Source of the DNA: Verrucomicrobiales bacterium
Lineage (GTDB): Bacteria; Verrucomicrobiota; Verrucomicrobiia; Limisphaerales; UBA9464
DNA length: 49,411 nucleotides
NCBI GenBank assembly: GCA_040375265.1
Contig: JBEISV010000002.1
Location: 1-49,411 of the forward strand
Direction of reading: 5' to 3'
The notes under the pieces were generated by a model. The model was not told the origin of the DNA, ran no database searches, and was given only the letters and a program-made list of their open reading frames with translations. A program made the position numbers and the translations under genes. Each line of letters starts with the position of its first letter. The first letter of the stretch is position 1. This document shows, piece after piece, positions 19,201 to 26,611 of this stretch.

Positions 19201-20502
19201 GACGAGGGTGCCGCCCCGGTCTTCGCCCGGGGTCCAGCGTAGCACGCCGGCGGGCGACAGGGTCATTCCGCCGGGCAACTCGCCCTCCGCCGCATAACGG
19301 GCGAGGGCACTGTCGCCATTCGCAAGGACGAGGTGGGAGGCATCCGAAGGCCGGTCATTGGCCCACAAGTGTGGGAACTGCGTCGCCAGGGCGTTCGCCT
19401 CGGCGGCATCCAGGGCAGCGAGGCTGGCCACGAGGGCTGGCTGGTTTTCATCGGCAATGTTGATCGCCATCGTGCCGCCCGTCCCGGTCGTCGCTGCGAG
19501 GAAATTGGGACCGAACGGTTCCAGCGCGGTCACCTGCGTTCCGGGCGGCAGCGCCAGCGAGCCGCGGGCGGTCAGTTGCTTGCCATTCAGGGCCAGCACC
19601 TGGAGTCGTTGGCCACCGGGGGCTTGCACCACGGCATAGAGGCGGCCGACTTGGCCATAGATGTGGGTAACCGTCTCGTCCTGCCCGGCCTGCCAACGGC
19701 CGCGGTCGATCGTTTCCCATTGGGAGAAGAAGAATTCCTCGACCAACCGGATTTCGCGACCGCCCGATGCGACCGCCAGGACGTCGGTCAGGGCGGCCAC
19801 GGCGGTCGGCGGGGCGAGCGGTTCGCCGGCTTCGAGACCGTTGGGCCCGAAGACCCGGGTCTCCCGCAGATTCCGGACCGCGCGTGGAAACCATTCGAGG
19901 GTAAGGTCATAGAGTGCGACGCCGTCGGCGCCGGCCGGCACATAGAGGTAATCCACGCTGGGACCGGGACCACTGCGGCGGCCAATGCCCGTCAGCCGAA
20001 ACTCGGGTGCCGGCAACGGTCCGACCAGTTGCCCGACTTGCACCGGTCCGCCGTCCGCCCCGGTGCGCAGCCGATACACGAGGACCTGCCCAGTGCGGGA
20101 GATCAGGATCGCGTCGTCTTGCTTGATGACCGCCTGCGCCAGTTCGCCGAACTCGACGGGATCCAGCGCCAGCGCGCCGGCCGTCTCGACCGTCCCCGGG
20201 CCGGTGAACTGGAAGACCGACAACGCCCCGGAGGCGGCGGACGCCGACACGAGCCATCGTTCGTTGGCCCAGATCCCGGCCACCCGTCCGCCGGTCGGCA
20301 CCGGAGGCTCGATCCGTTCCAGTTGGGTCGCGGAAACTCCGAGTGCCTCCGGCAGATTCCATTCCAGCAGGACGCCTTCGGGAGTGTGTCGGGACAGCGC
20401 CTCCTGGGCAAGGGTTGCGGTGCTGTTCCAAAGTGCGAAACAGAGCCCCAAGGCGAGGGCAAAGGCGGAGGAAAGCCTTCCGGAAAACCCGCGGTATTTC
20501 AT
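13243..20502 (-). CDS. giant (2420 aa) secreted adhesin-like protein with cadherin-like/putative-Ig domains and C-terminal Calx-beta-like domains
   Basis: A single uninterrupted ORF. I start it at the ATG at 20502 (MKYRGFSGRLSSAFALALGLCFALWNSTATLAQ, a signal peptide). Cadherin-like segments include NQAPVIIP..., DDLPVITPIPDRNYAYG, NRPPDLQPVG...LTFSLDAESVRRGLRVDPFTGLLTWNVP and NTAPVLAEVP...LTFSLDAESVRRGFQIDPINGQVTWRP. Calx-beta-like ends include LRATATILDDD. Confidence 0.7.
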   Translation of the reverse strand: MKYRGFSGRLSSAFALALGLCFALWNSTATLAQEALSRHTPEGVLLEWNLPEALGVSATQLERIEPPVPTGGRVAGIWANERWLVSASAASGALSVFQFTGPGTVETAGALALDPVEFGELAQAVIKQDDAILISRTGQVLVYRLRTGADGGPVQVGQLVGPLPAPEFRLTGIGRRSGPGPSVDYLYVPAGADGVALYDLTLEWFPRAVRNLRETRVFGPNGLEAGEPLAPPTAVAALTDVLAVASGGREIRLVEEFFFSQWETIDRGRWQAGQDETVTHIYGQVGRLYAVVQAPGGQRLQVLALNGKQLTARGSLALPPGTQVTALEPFGPNFLAATTGTGGTMAINIADENQPALVASLAALDAAEANALATQFPHLWANDRPSDASHLVLANGDSALARYAAEGELPGGMTLSPAGVLRWTPGEDRGGTLVSVPFTRTLPGATEHRIAEMMVDEANQAPVIIPVAEQQLVAGRPWSLNVTVTDADLPAQPLSLITDRPEIVVGARTADGTFPLTWTPLGEAVESTVTLIVQDEAGGSATNRFQLAVASSLHRLEWSEHAAPAPATNWPAILISPQDGRHAVFSVVEGQLPSGVALDANGLFSGIPDEPAGGTTNTFRVTAVLAGETNHLFYTVTVAEVDDLPVITPIPDRNYAYGLELVIPLVANDPDQQAVGFNWSANAVSGNVGIPDLGALPIVNGQIRWTPDPGGPRLGSYWVTVAAVERRAAEVEGQPETSGLTNQVTFLLSPTLENLAPYWGDPQPLIQLQATEGQPVHFPRLRVFDPNGAVGRLESYGTLGPAGVPAFPVATQADGGVQIPDWTPREDAGGRTWQFTLVANDLFDANQKATNVITVEVGERNGPPVWRPVPAQQGVVGQELVLDLSRFVSDADQIWVGDALLPDPLTFQVIPGNPIPGNPTVTPDGHLTWTPEAFAGCAGQLLVVEARDSVGNAALGRILLGVQPLIPLSSTITNRIDGEAPNLMNHLVANAVLGWDLGHDLIWLTGFITNTPGTCFAQANCFLKAYRSLSWPGARPDARVRQDRLNGDPRFPLANVESRGVARLTNLVALPRIAALLGDNQGELWLRFGEYYLGRGLNAGETDVQGVDWGYVAATTNEWRIYRAKPGRNQGPVQRAEIWYYDGAGHGFRLTQTVEAQPPLHLNVAYNVLSDPNDDTITARTEEGQMEESFSNPDLVANDGFVRGLAAVLADELAGRRLSFRMDQLTAVDTDVLAQAAIQCALLDPNQQICAQLAPMGLYTANGAILISGCDDLSANNRPPDLQPVGIIPAAPGDVLSVQLRATDPDVPPQALTFSLDAESVRRGLRVDPFTGLLTWNVPADAGCIEVSGTATVQDPEPLSDAEPFTIRIAPRRFSVPFSGVFEKPTVDGMTSENEGLLATEAAGGHWLEWLPVAEGALPPVAARRWSSPDLFPNQVAVAHPQGPVPFRGAHFILNDRNILPRTQRVLRELGRAADALGLRFDLRLVEDRKGLDWGYDPLTAREWRHYSGDLEITLDSTTLFRLSGQTLSARLEYDFGAAPVTNRLSATSGQLVLPQPEPHLDAAAAAVAAALGEDLNDGFARLNFPAMPVASAFNLIEQGFPVVWHDLAGALEVFSCEPPYVAPYLLNPGPVTVDEGNEAFVEFRVLPANAANLQFRLIAPPDPRMQVTEDGKFRWPTDENDGGRSVTVTVEMTDGATVMEASFVVTVRERNTAPVLAEVPAQTVGQGNLLRVRLNALDSDRPRQRLTFSLDAESVRRGFQIDPINGQVTWRPGPLVQSGFTTVVEARVSDGLLDAARTFRVTVLPNLVVVIGMRALDGYLAGASLWWDADLNGQPDAGEPRTTTDRSGNFELQLDLATWDRNGDGRLGPTDGRLVATGGLDLMTGLPFIGRLTAPADAAVISPLTALLERLTRDGSLTEAAAQDRVRDLFGLPDGLDLAAFDPLPSAEQSSPAGLRIQAANIIIADTVRQLAALLEGRRPDLAPGQADETVFQSWTSSVRQPPAGAPGAADWVRGMLDHAATALGVSVPEPLTELVGDVIGAQNDAKRAATSDRDALERLARLQAGSLVDTAPALRALGSDVLVNDEFRVGQSGWFAQSLASLGSGDPLGTASAPGLFALSRTNLVVRENGSPDHVLAVVRSGGAAGPATLELSLLDSANLLRTNRLTLEFRDGERFRAIDWASLLANDSATNPGRTVMVTLTGATSIPEGATLHGDLRATATILDDDSVGSLAFVTATHLHDPGSPSTLRLVRTGGFSGRLVAQIEFAAADGELGTNLPPPGLIEFPNGVSQRLVLLPNLPAPGGIPPTLILKLSLAADSAAGGTLGFPAEVRVDYAAERSGAKIVRLEAVGNGTGQISLTGPIGLRHRIESSGNLRTWFPLFDTGEIVTKGETAVSTEVPIGTACEFFRVRRVDGE

Positions 20503-20773
20503 AAGTCGAATGCTGACGATCAAATTGTTCTTCGGCGGCTGGCCGAATTTCTTCACCGTGACCGGCCTTCCTTGGTCGGAAATTTCCCGGGCCCCGTGTT
20601 CGCAATCCATGCTGACGCGAGCCGTGCGCCATTGTTGCCTCTCCTCGCCTCCGTAAGGTTACGGAGCGGATTCCGTTTGCCCCGCTCGTGGATGAGCGTG
20701 ACCGCCGGCGCCGGCCGGACTTAGCCGTGGCGCGCTGTTGCGACCCGCGGGATTCGTCCGCACCCTCCGCCCG

Positions 20774-21559
20774 GTGAAGCTGTTGTTCATCGGGGACATC
20801 GTGGGTGAGCCCGGGCGCCGGGCCGTGAAGACGCTCGTGCCGCGCTTGCGGGAGCGTCATGGCATCCAGTTCGTGATCGCCAATGCCGAGAACTCTGCCG
20901 GCGGTTCCGGGGTTTCCCTCGGCACGGCCAAGGAAATCTTTGACGGAGGCGTGGACGTCATCACCACCGGCGACCACCTCTGGGACAACCGCGACGTGAC
21001 CCAGCTCCTGCCGAACGAGCCTCGCTTCCTCCGCCCGGCGAATTATCCCGCCGGGGTTCCGGGGCGCGGCGGGGCGGTGTTCCGCAAGGAAGGGCTGCCG
21101 CCGATTGCGGTCCTGAACGTGCAGGGACGCACCTTCATGGCGGCGCAGTTGGAAAACCCCTTCGCGGTCGCCGAGGCCGAGGTGGCCCGGCTGCGTGCCG
21201 AAACGCCCATCGTCTTCATCGACTTCCACGCCGAGGTTACCTCCGAGAAGATCGCCCTTGGGTGGTTCCTCGACGGCAAGGTCAGCGCCATCGTGGGCAC
21301 GCATACCCATGTGCAGACGGCGGACGAACGCATCCTGCCGCAGGGCACCGCCTGCCTCACGGATGCCGGGTTTACGGGCGGTCACGGTGGCGTGCTCGGT
21401 CGCGAATGGCCGCCCATCGTCGAGCGGTTCCTGCGCCAGACCCCGCAGAAATTCGGCGTGTGCGAAACCGACGTGAAACTAAGCGGCTGCGTCATTGAGA
21501 TCGATGATACCACCGGCAAGGCGGTTTCCATCGCTCGGGTGAGCGAACCATTGCGATGA
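20774..21559 (+). CDS. ymdB: YmdB-family metallophosphoesterase (2',3'-cyclic-nucleotide 2'-phosphodiesterase, TIGR00282 type)
   Basis: VKLLFIGDIVGEPGRRAV...FVIANAENSAGGSGVS...GDHLWD...VGTHTHVQTADE. The GTG at 20774 gives the family-typical N-terminus. The TTG at 20738 is an alternative start. Confidence 0.8.
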   Translation: MKLLFIGDIVGEPGRRAVKTLVPRLRERHGIQFVIANAENSAGGSGVSLGTAKEIFDGGVDVITTGDHLWDNRDVTQLLPNEPRFLRPANYPAGVPGRGGAVFRKEGLPPIAVLNVQGRTFMAAQLENPFAVAEAEVARLRAETPIVFIDFHAEVTSEKIALGWFLDGKVSAIVGTHTHVQTADERILPQGTACLTDAGFTGGHGGVLGREWPPIVERFLRQTPQKFGVCETDVKLSGCVIEIDDTTGKAVSIARVSEPLR

Positions 21560-22236
21560 CGATTCTGAAGATCCAACACGGGCGGATGATCCGGCGGGCA
21601 CTCGGACTGTGCGCGCTGGCTGCGGTGCTGATCGGCGGGGTGATAGCGTTGCGAGAGACAGCCGACCAACGCCTACTTCGGCGGTGGTTGTCGGCTCAGG
21701 CCAGCGGGTCGATCCCCGGCGGCCTTTTTCAGGAAGTGGAAACCGCGCCGCTGAGCTTCCGCGAACTGGCAGCCCGCGAAATTGGCCGCCCTGAAGGCAC
21801 GGCCACCCGCTGGTGGCGCCAAATCCGGCCGCGGCTGCCGGCCGCGCTCCGGGTTCGGGCGCTGCTGCCCTTCACGGAAGGGCGGCGCGGACTGGCGTTG
21901 CTCAACTTGATCCGGGGACACGAAACGGAACCGGCCGTGGCGGCCGCCCTGGTCACGGTCGTGACGAACCAGGCGGCGGCGAATCGCCGGATCGCGCTGC
22001 TGGCGTTGGGCAACCTGATGGTTGTGCCGCCGGCCTTGGCCGAATCACTCACCGTCATCTCCGACGACACTGATTACCTCCTGCGCCTCGAAGTGGCGGG
22101 CACCCTGCAACAGGCTTGGCCGCGCACCCGGCCGGTGGAACTGGCCTTGCGCCGACTAGCCTTGGACCCGGTTCCCGCCGTGCGCCAAGCTGCCGTCGGC
22201 GACGACGCAGAGGAACCCGAAACTGCTACGCCCTGA
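21556..22236 (+). CDS. membrane-anchored hypothetical protein with HEAT-like repeats
   Basis: N-terminal TM helix (ALGLCALAAVLIGGVIAL). C-terminal HEAT-like motifs include LALDPVPAVRQAAV. Its ATG overlaps the ymdB stop (ATGA), and its stop overlaps the xseA ATG. Confidence 0.45.
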   Translation: MTILKIQHGRMIRRALGLCALAAVLIGGVIALRETADQRLLRRWLSAQASGSIPGGLFQEVETAPLSFRELAAREIGRPEGTATRWWRQIRPRLPAALRVRALLPFTEGRRGLALLNLIRGHETEPAVAAALVTVVTNQAAANRRIALLALGNLMVVPPALAESLTVISDDTDYLLRLEVAGTLQQAWPRTRPVELALRRLALDPVPAVRQAAVGDDAEEPETATP

Positions 22237-23714
22237 TGCCCAAGAAATCCAACAGCCAGTGGGACTTTGGTGAACTGTTCACCGTTGGCGACAAGCCGAC
22301 GGAACCGATTCCGGAAGCCGCCGAAAAGCCGCCAGCCAAATCAGTCGTCGCCCGGACGTTTTCGGTCACCGAGCTGACGTTGGGCATCAAGCGGCAGCTG
22401 GAGGGCGGATTCAGCGCGGTCCGTGTGGCCGGCGAGATTTCCAATTTCCGGCTCCAGTCCAGCGGTCATGCCTACTTCGTGCTGAAGGATGCCAACGCCC
22501 AGCTCAGTTGCGTGCTTTTCCGCGGGCAGGGCGGTGGCGGCCGGGCGGCGCTGCGGGACGGCGCCCAAGTGATTCTGGGCGGCGACGTGACGGTTTACGA
22601 ACCGCGCGGGCAGTATCAGTTGCGGGTGGATTTCGTGGAAGTGCAGGGCATCGGCGCCTTGCAGGCGGCCTTCGAGCGGCTGAAGGCGAAGCTGGCCGCG
22701 GAAGGATTGTTCGATTCCGGGCGCAAACGGCCTATCCCCGCGTTGCCGCGCCGGGTGGGATTGGTTACGTCGCCCATGGGCGCGGCCATCCGGGACGTCC
22801 TGCATGTCGTCGGACGGCGTTATGCCGGCCTCGAGTTTGTGCTGGTGCCCGCCCGGGTGCAGGGCGTCGGGGCGGCGGAAGAGATCGCCTCGGCGGTCGC
22901 ACTGCTGAATGAGTGGTCGGCGGCCCAAGGCGAGGAACCCGGGGCGGGGTTGGACGTGATTCTCGTGACCCGTGGTGGCGGTTCCTTGGAAGATCTGTGG
23001 GCCTTCAACGAGGAATCGGTGGCGCGCGCCATCGCCGCTTCCGCGGTGCCGGTCATTTCAGCGGTCGGGCACGAGATTGATTTCTCGATCGCGGACTTCG
23101 TGGCGGACCTCCGGGCGGCGACGCCTAGTGCGGCGGCCGAATTGCTGACGGCGGGTTTCGTGGCGAGCCGCGACTTCGTCACGTCGGCCGGGCAGCGGCT
23201 CGCCCAACTGGCCCGGCAGCGTCTCGGTTGGGCCAAGGAAGAGGCCGCGCTGCTGGACGCCCGCCGGGCGCGGGTGCATCCGCGGCGCCGGTTGGAGACG
23301 CTGGGCCTGCTAGTCGATGATCTCGCCACCGCGCTGCAACGTGGGGTTCATGGCCAAGTGCGAAACGCGCAGGCGCGTCAGGACAACTTGGCGCGCCGGT
23401 TGTCCGCGCAGCGGCCGGCTGCCGTCCTGCAACGTCGTCGTCGGGAGCTGGAGCAATTGCTCCGCCGACTCCCGGTGGCGGTCAGGCAGCAGCTCGCGGA
23501 AACCACAGGGCGCTTGGAACGGGTGACGGGCGGTCTCCGCCTGCTGTCGCCCCTGAGTGTCCTGGAGCGCGGTTATTCGCTCACCACGGACGCCGCCACC
23601 GGGGCCGTGGTGCGGCAGGGTTCAATCCTGAAAAGTGGCCAGCGTCTGCGGACTCGGTTCGCGGAAGGCGAAGTCGAGTCCTTGGTGGTGCCCGGCAAGG
23701 TGCCGCGGCCTTGA
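22236..23714 (+). CDS. xseA: exodeoxyribonuclease VII large subunit
   Basis: FSVTELTLGIKRQLEGGFSAVRVAGEISNFRLQSSGHAYFVLKD (OB fold), VTSPMGAAIRDV, RGGGSLEDLWAFNEE, and a C-terminal coiled coil. ATG at 22236; the longer track start is an Arg-rich read-through of the upstream gene. Confidence 0.9.
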   Translation: MPKKSNSQWDFGELFTVGDKPTEPIPEAAEKPPAKSVVARTFSVTELTLGIKRQLEGGFSAVRVAGEISNFRLQSSGHAYFVLKDANAQLSCVLFRGQGGGGRAALRDGAQVILGGDVTVYEPRGQYQLRVDFVEVQGIGALQAAFERLKAKLAAEGLFDSGRKRPIPALPRRVGLVTSPMGAAIRDVLHVVGRRYAGLEFVLVPARVQGVGAAEEIASAVALLNEWSAAQGEEPGAGLDVILVTRGGGSLEDLWAFNEESVARAIAASAVPVISAVGHEIDFSIADFVADLRAATPSAAAELLTAGFVASRDFVTSAGQRLAQLARQRLGWAKEEAALLDARRARVHPRRRLETLGLLVDDLATALQRGVHGQVRNAQARQDNLARRLSAQRPAAVLQRRRRELEQLLRRLPVAVRQQLAETTGRLERVTGGLRLLSPLSVLERGYSLTTDAATGAVVRQGSILKSGQRLRTRFAEGEVESLVVPGKVPRP

Positions 23715-23723
23715 GCCGACTGT

Positions 23724-24707
23724 TCAGGGGCGCGTGAGGACCTGAATGTTCGGCACCGTGACGTCGCCCGGCACCCCGTTTTTCGGCAGCATGGATTCGA
23801 TCAGTTTGAGCTGTTGCTGCTGCATTTCCTCGTAGGACTTCAGCTGTTCCTCGGTGAGCACGCCTTTCAGCGAGGCGAGCTTGCGGTCAATATTGCCGCG
23901 GAAGTCCATGGCCTTCTTGGGATCGCCGCCGAAGCTGCCCAACTGTTCCTCGGTAGCGGAGAACAGGGCCTTGTAGACGGAGTCCTGCTGTTCCTGCGAC
24001 AACCCCAACGCGCCCTGCATCTGGAGCATCTCGGCGTTGGCCATCAGCCGGGCATTGTTGCGGATTTCCTCCTGTTGCAGCCCGGCGTAGGCCTGCTGCT
24101 GCTCCGGCGACAGCAGGGCCTTGATCTGTTCCTCGGGATTGCCCTGGGACTTGGTCAGGTCCGCGATTTCTTCATGGGAAGCCTTGCCGGTCATCATCTT
24201 CTCCGCGATGGCCTGGCCGGCGCCGAACTGTTTACCCAGCAGGTCCCGGATGGAGGCTTCTTGCTCCGGGGTGAGATTGAGCCGGCTTTTGAGGGACCGC
24301 ATCTTGCCTTCGAGCTGCTGTTTCATGGCGGTCTCCATCATCGCGCGCATGGCCTTGCCGGCCTCGTTGGTCGAACTGCCATCGCCGCCGAAGAGCGCTG
24401 CGAGGGGGTTCGCAGGCTGGTCTGTCTTCTGAACGGCGGCGGGTGCGGTGGCGTCAGCCATGGGCGGTTGATTCTGCGCCTGAACCCGTTCGGCGAGCCG
24501 GAGATTGTCCGCCTCCAGCCGGGTGATCCTTTGCTTTGCCTTGGCGAGCTCCGGCGATTCGTCCGGAGTTGGTTTGGCCGTGCTGACCTCAATCGCAGCC
24601 CGGGGAGGCGTCGGGGCAGGGCGCAGGAACACGAATGCGCCGGCCGCGGCGGCGCCCACCAGCAGGCCGGCGGCGAATGAGGGAAGGCGGGAAGAGGAAG
24701 ATTCCAT
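23724..24707 (-). CDS. membrane-anchored periplasmic protein with four LTXXQ (Spy/CpxP-like) motifs
   Basis: TM anchor LPSFAAGLLVGAAAAGAFVFL and a coiled-coil segment. Four motifs follow: LTPEQEASIRDLL, LSPEQQQAYAGLQ, LSQEQQDSVYKAL and LTEEQLKSYEEMQ. ATG at 24707. Confidence 0.5.
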   Translation of the reverse strand: MESSSSRLPSFAAGLLVGAAAAGAFVFLRPAPTPPRAAIEVSTAKPTPDESPELAKAKQRITRLEADNLRLAERVQAQNQPPMADATAPAAVQKTDQPANPLAALFGGDGSSTNEAGKAMRAMMETAMKQQLEGKMRSLKSRLNLTPEQEASIRDLLGKQFGAGQAIAEKMMTGKASHEEIADLTKSQGNPEEQIKALLSPEQQQAYAGLQQEEIRNNARLMANAEMLQMQGALGLSQEQQDSVYKALFSATEEQLGSFGGDPKKAMDFRGNIDRKLASLKGVLTEEQLKSYEEMQQQQLKLIESMLPKNGVPGDVTVPNIQVLTRP

Positions 24708-24796
24708 ACGAGGGATCCTGACCCTAATCGGCGGCGAGGTTACCGGCAATGTGGCGGAAGCCGGGTTTTCCGCCGTCGCGTGACTCCGCTGGAAAG

Positions 24797-25732
24797 TCAG
24801 GTTCCGTGAAAGCGCCGGGCCGCCGCGACGTCTTCGCCAATCTGGCGCTGGAGCGCTTCCAACCCAGGGAACTTCTGTTCGGGTCGGAGCAGGCGCGCGA
24901 ACTCCACCTCGATTTCCTGGCCGTAAAGATCGCCGGCGAAGTCGAGCAGATGCACCTCCAGGCGCGGCCGGGTTTCGCCAGGCGTCACGGTTGGACGCAG
25001 GCCCAGGTTCAGCACGGCGGGATGCTCCTGGCCGTTGGCGACCTGGCGGACGTGCGCGGCATAGACTCCGGAAGGTGGCAATTCGAGGCCATCGACCGCG
25101 ACGTTGGCGGTGGGGAAACCGAGGCGGCGGGCGAGTTGTTCACCGGTTTGGACCACCCCGCCAAGCGCGTAGGGACGGCCGAGCAGTTCGGCGACCTCCG
25201 GCAGACGGCCGGCTCGCAGTGCCTCCCGGATGCGCGAGCTGCTGACGGTTTCGCCGCCGATGCTCACCGGCGAAGCAGCGTGGGTGGCGTAGCCCAATTC
25301 GGCCCCGAGTTGTTGGAGCAAAGGCACGTTGCCGCTGCGCCGGTGGCCGAAGCTGAAGCCTTCGCCGACGCTGACGGAGCGCAGTGGGCCGATGTCTCGG
25401 GCGAGTTCCCGGACGAACTCTTCACCGCTCCGGGCGGCAAACTCGGCGGTGAAAGGCACCACGACCGTCGCCCAGCAGCCCAAGGCGCCGATGGCCCGGA
25501 GACGTTGCGGCACGGTTTGCAAGAGGCGGGGAGCCCGTTCGGGATTCACGACGGCCAGCGGATGCGGGTCGAACGTGAGCGCCACCGCGCGGGCGCCGAA
25601 GTGGGCGGCATCCAGCAGGGCGGCGCGGATGACGTGCTGGTGGCCGAGATGCACGCCGTCAAACATGCCCAAGGCCACGCACGTGCCGCGGGGCGACAGG
25701 GGCAATTCCGGCAGCTGACGAGCGATCAACAT
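24797..25732 (-). CDS. ribF: bifunctional riboflavin kinase / FMN adenylyltransferase
   Basis: ALGMFDGVHLGHQHVI, the FTAEFA region, the C-terminal riboflavin kinase segment GFPTANV...GVYAA and LEVHLLDFAGDLYG. ATG at 25732. Confidence 0.9.
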   Translation of the reverse strand: MLIARQLPELPLSPRGTCVALGMFDGVHLGHQHVIRAALLDAAHFGARAVALTFDPHPLAVVNPERAPRLLQTVPQRLRAIGALGCWATVVVPFTAEFAARSGEEFVRELARDIGPLRSVSVGEGFSFGHRRSGNVPLLQQLGAELGYATHAASPVSIGGETVSSSRIREALRAGRLPEVAELLGRPYALGGVVQTGEQLARRLGFPTANVAVDGLELPPSGVYAAHVRQVANGQEHPAVLNLGLRPTVTPGETRPRLEVHLLDFAGDLYGQEIEVEFARLLRPEQKFPGLEALQRQIGEDVAAARRFHGT

Positions 25733-25818
25733 GCTCTGTTCGCGGTGGCTAACTGATGGTCGGCGGCGGCCGTGCAATCCTTGAGCGGTAAGGTAGCACA
25801 GCCCAGCCACATGAGGCG

Positions 25819-26538
25819 TTACTCGTAGCGCTTCAGGTCAAGCAGGGGAATGACATGCGCGATGAGTTCCTCCTTGGAGAATTGCAGGATGTCTTCCAGC
25901 GGCAGTGCGTCGCGGATGTCGAACTTGCCGGAGGCCACCCTACGCAGGGCGGTTAGGTGGGCCCCACATCGGAGATTCTGGCCGAGGTCGTGGGCGAGAC
26001 TGCGGACATAGGTGCCCTTGGTGCAACTCACGCGGAAATAGGCAAACGGGTCCTCGTATTCGTCGAACCGGTAGCTGTAGAGATGGATCGGCCGGGCCTC
26101 GCGATAGACCTCCTCGCCCTTGCGGGCCAGCTTGTAGAGCGGCACGCCGCCGATCTTCTTGGCGCTGACCATCGGCGGAATCTGCAGTTGGTCGCCGAGG
26201 AACTTGGCGGCGGCGGCATTCAGGTCGTCGAGTGTTAGCGGCGGCACCGGCTTGGTTTCGACCAGTTCGCCGTCGGCATCGTAGCTGTCCGTTGTTTCGC
26301 CGAGGCGCATGGTGCCTTCGTAGACCTTGTCGGCGGACATGAGGCGTTCGGAGAGCTTCGTCGCCTTGCCAAGGACCAGGACCAATAGCCCGGTGGCCAT
26401 CGGATCAAGGGTGCCGCAGTGTCCGACCTTCTCGAGGCGGAAGTGGCCGCGCACCTTGGCCACGACATCGTGGGAGGTCCATTCGGCAGGCTTGTCGATG
26501 ACGAGGGCACCATCCAGGGCGCCAAAGGGTTCCTTCAT
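25819..26538 (-). CDS. truB: tRNA pseudouridine(55) synthase
   Basis: GALVIDKPAEWTSHDVVAKVR...KVGHCGTLDPMATGLLVLVLGKATKL contains the catalytic Asp motif. Confidence 0.9.
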   Translation of the reverse strand: MKEPFGALDGALVIDKPAEWTSHDVVAKVRGHFRLEKVGHCGTLDPMATGLLVLVLGKATKLSERLMSADKVYEGTMRLGETTDSYDADGELVETKPVPPLTLDDLNAAAAKFLGDQLQIPPMVSAKKIGGVPLYKLARKGEEVYREARPIHLYSYRFDEYEDPFAYFRVSCTKGTYVRSLAHDLGQNLRCGAHLTALRRVASGKFDIRDALPLEDILQFSKEELIAHVIPLLDLKRYE

Positions 26539-26611
26539 GCGAAACAGGTTACTGGCAGTGAAAACGAGACTGAAGCCGCCCGGTGCGGTCGCCGCGGGAC
26601 CGCCGAAGCGG

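Noticed and set aside
22116-22235. Upstream TTG start for xseA giving a 532-aa protein
   Set aside because: The extra 40 residues are an Arg-rich alternative-frame reading of the end of the HEAT-protein gene. The ATG at 22236 gives a plausible N-terminus and a coupled stop/start overlap.
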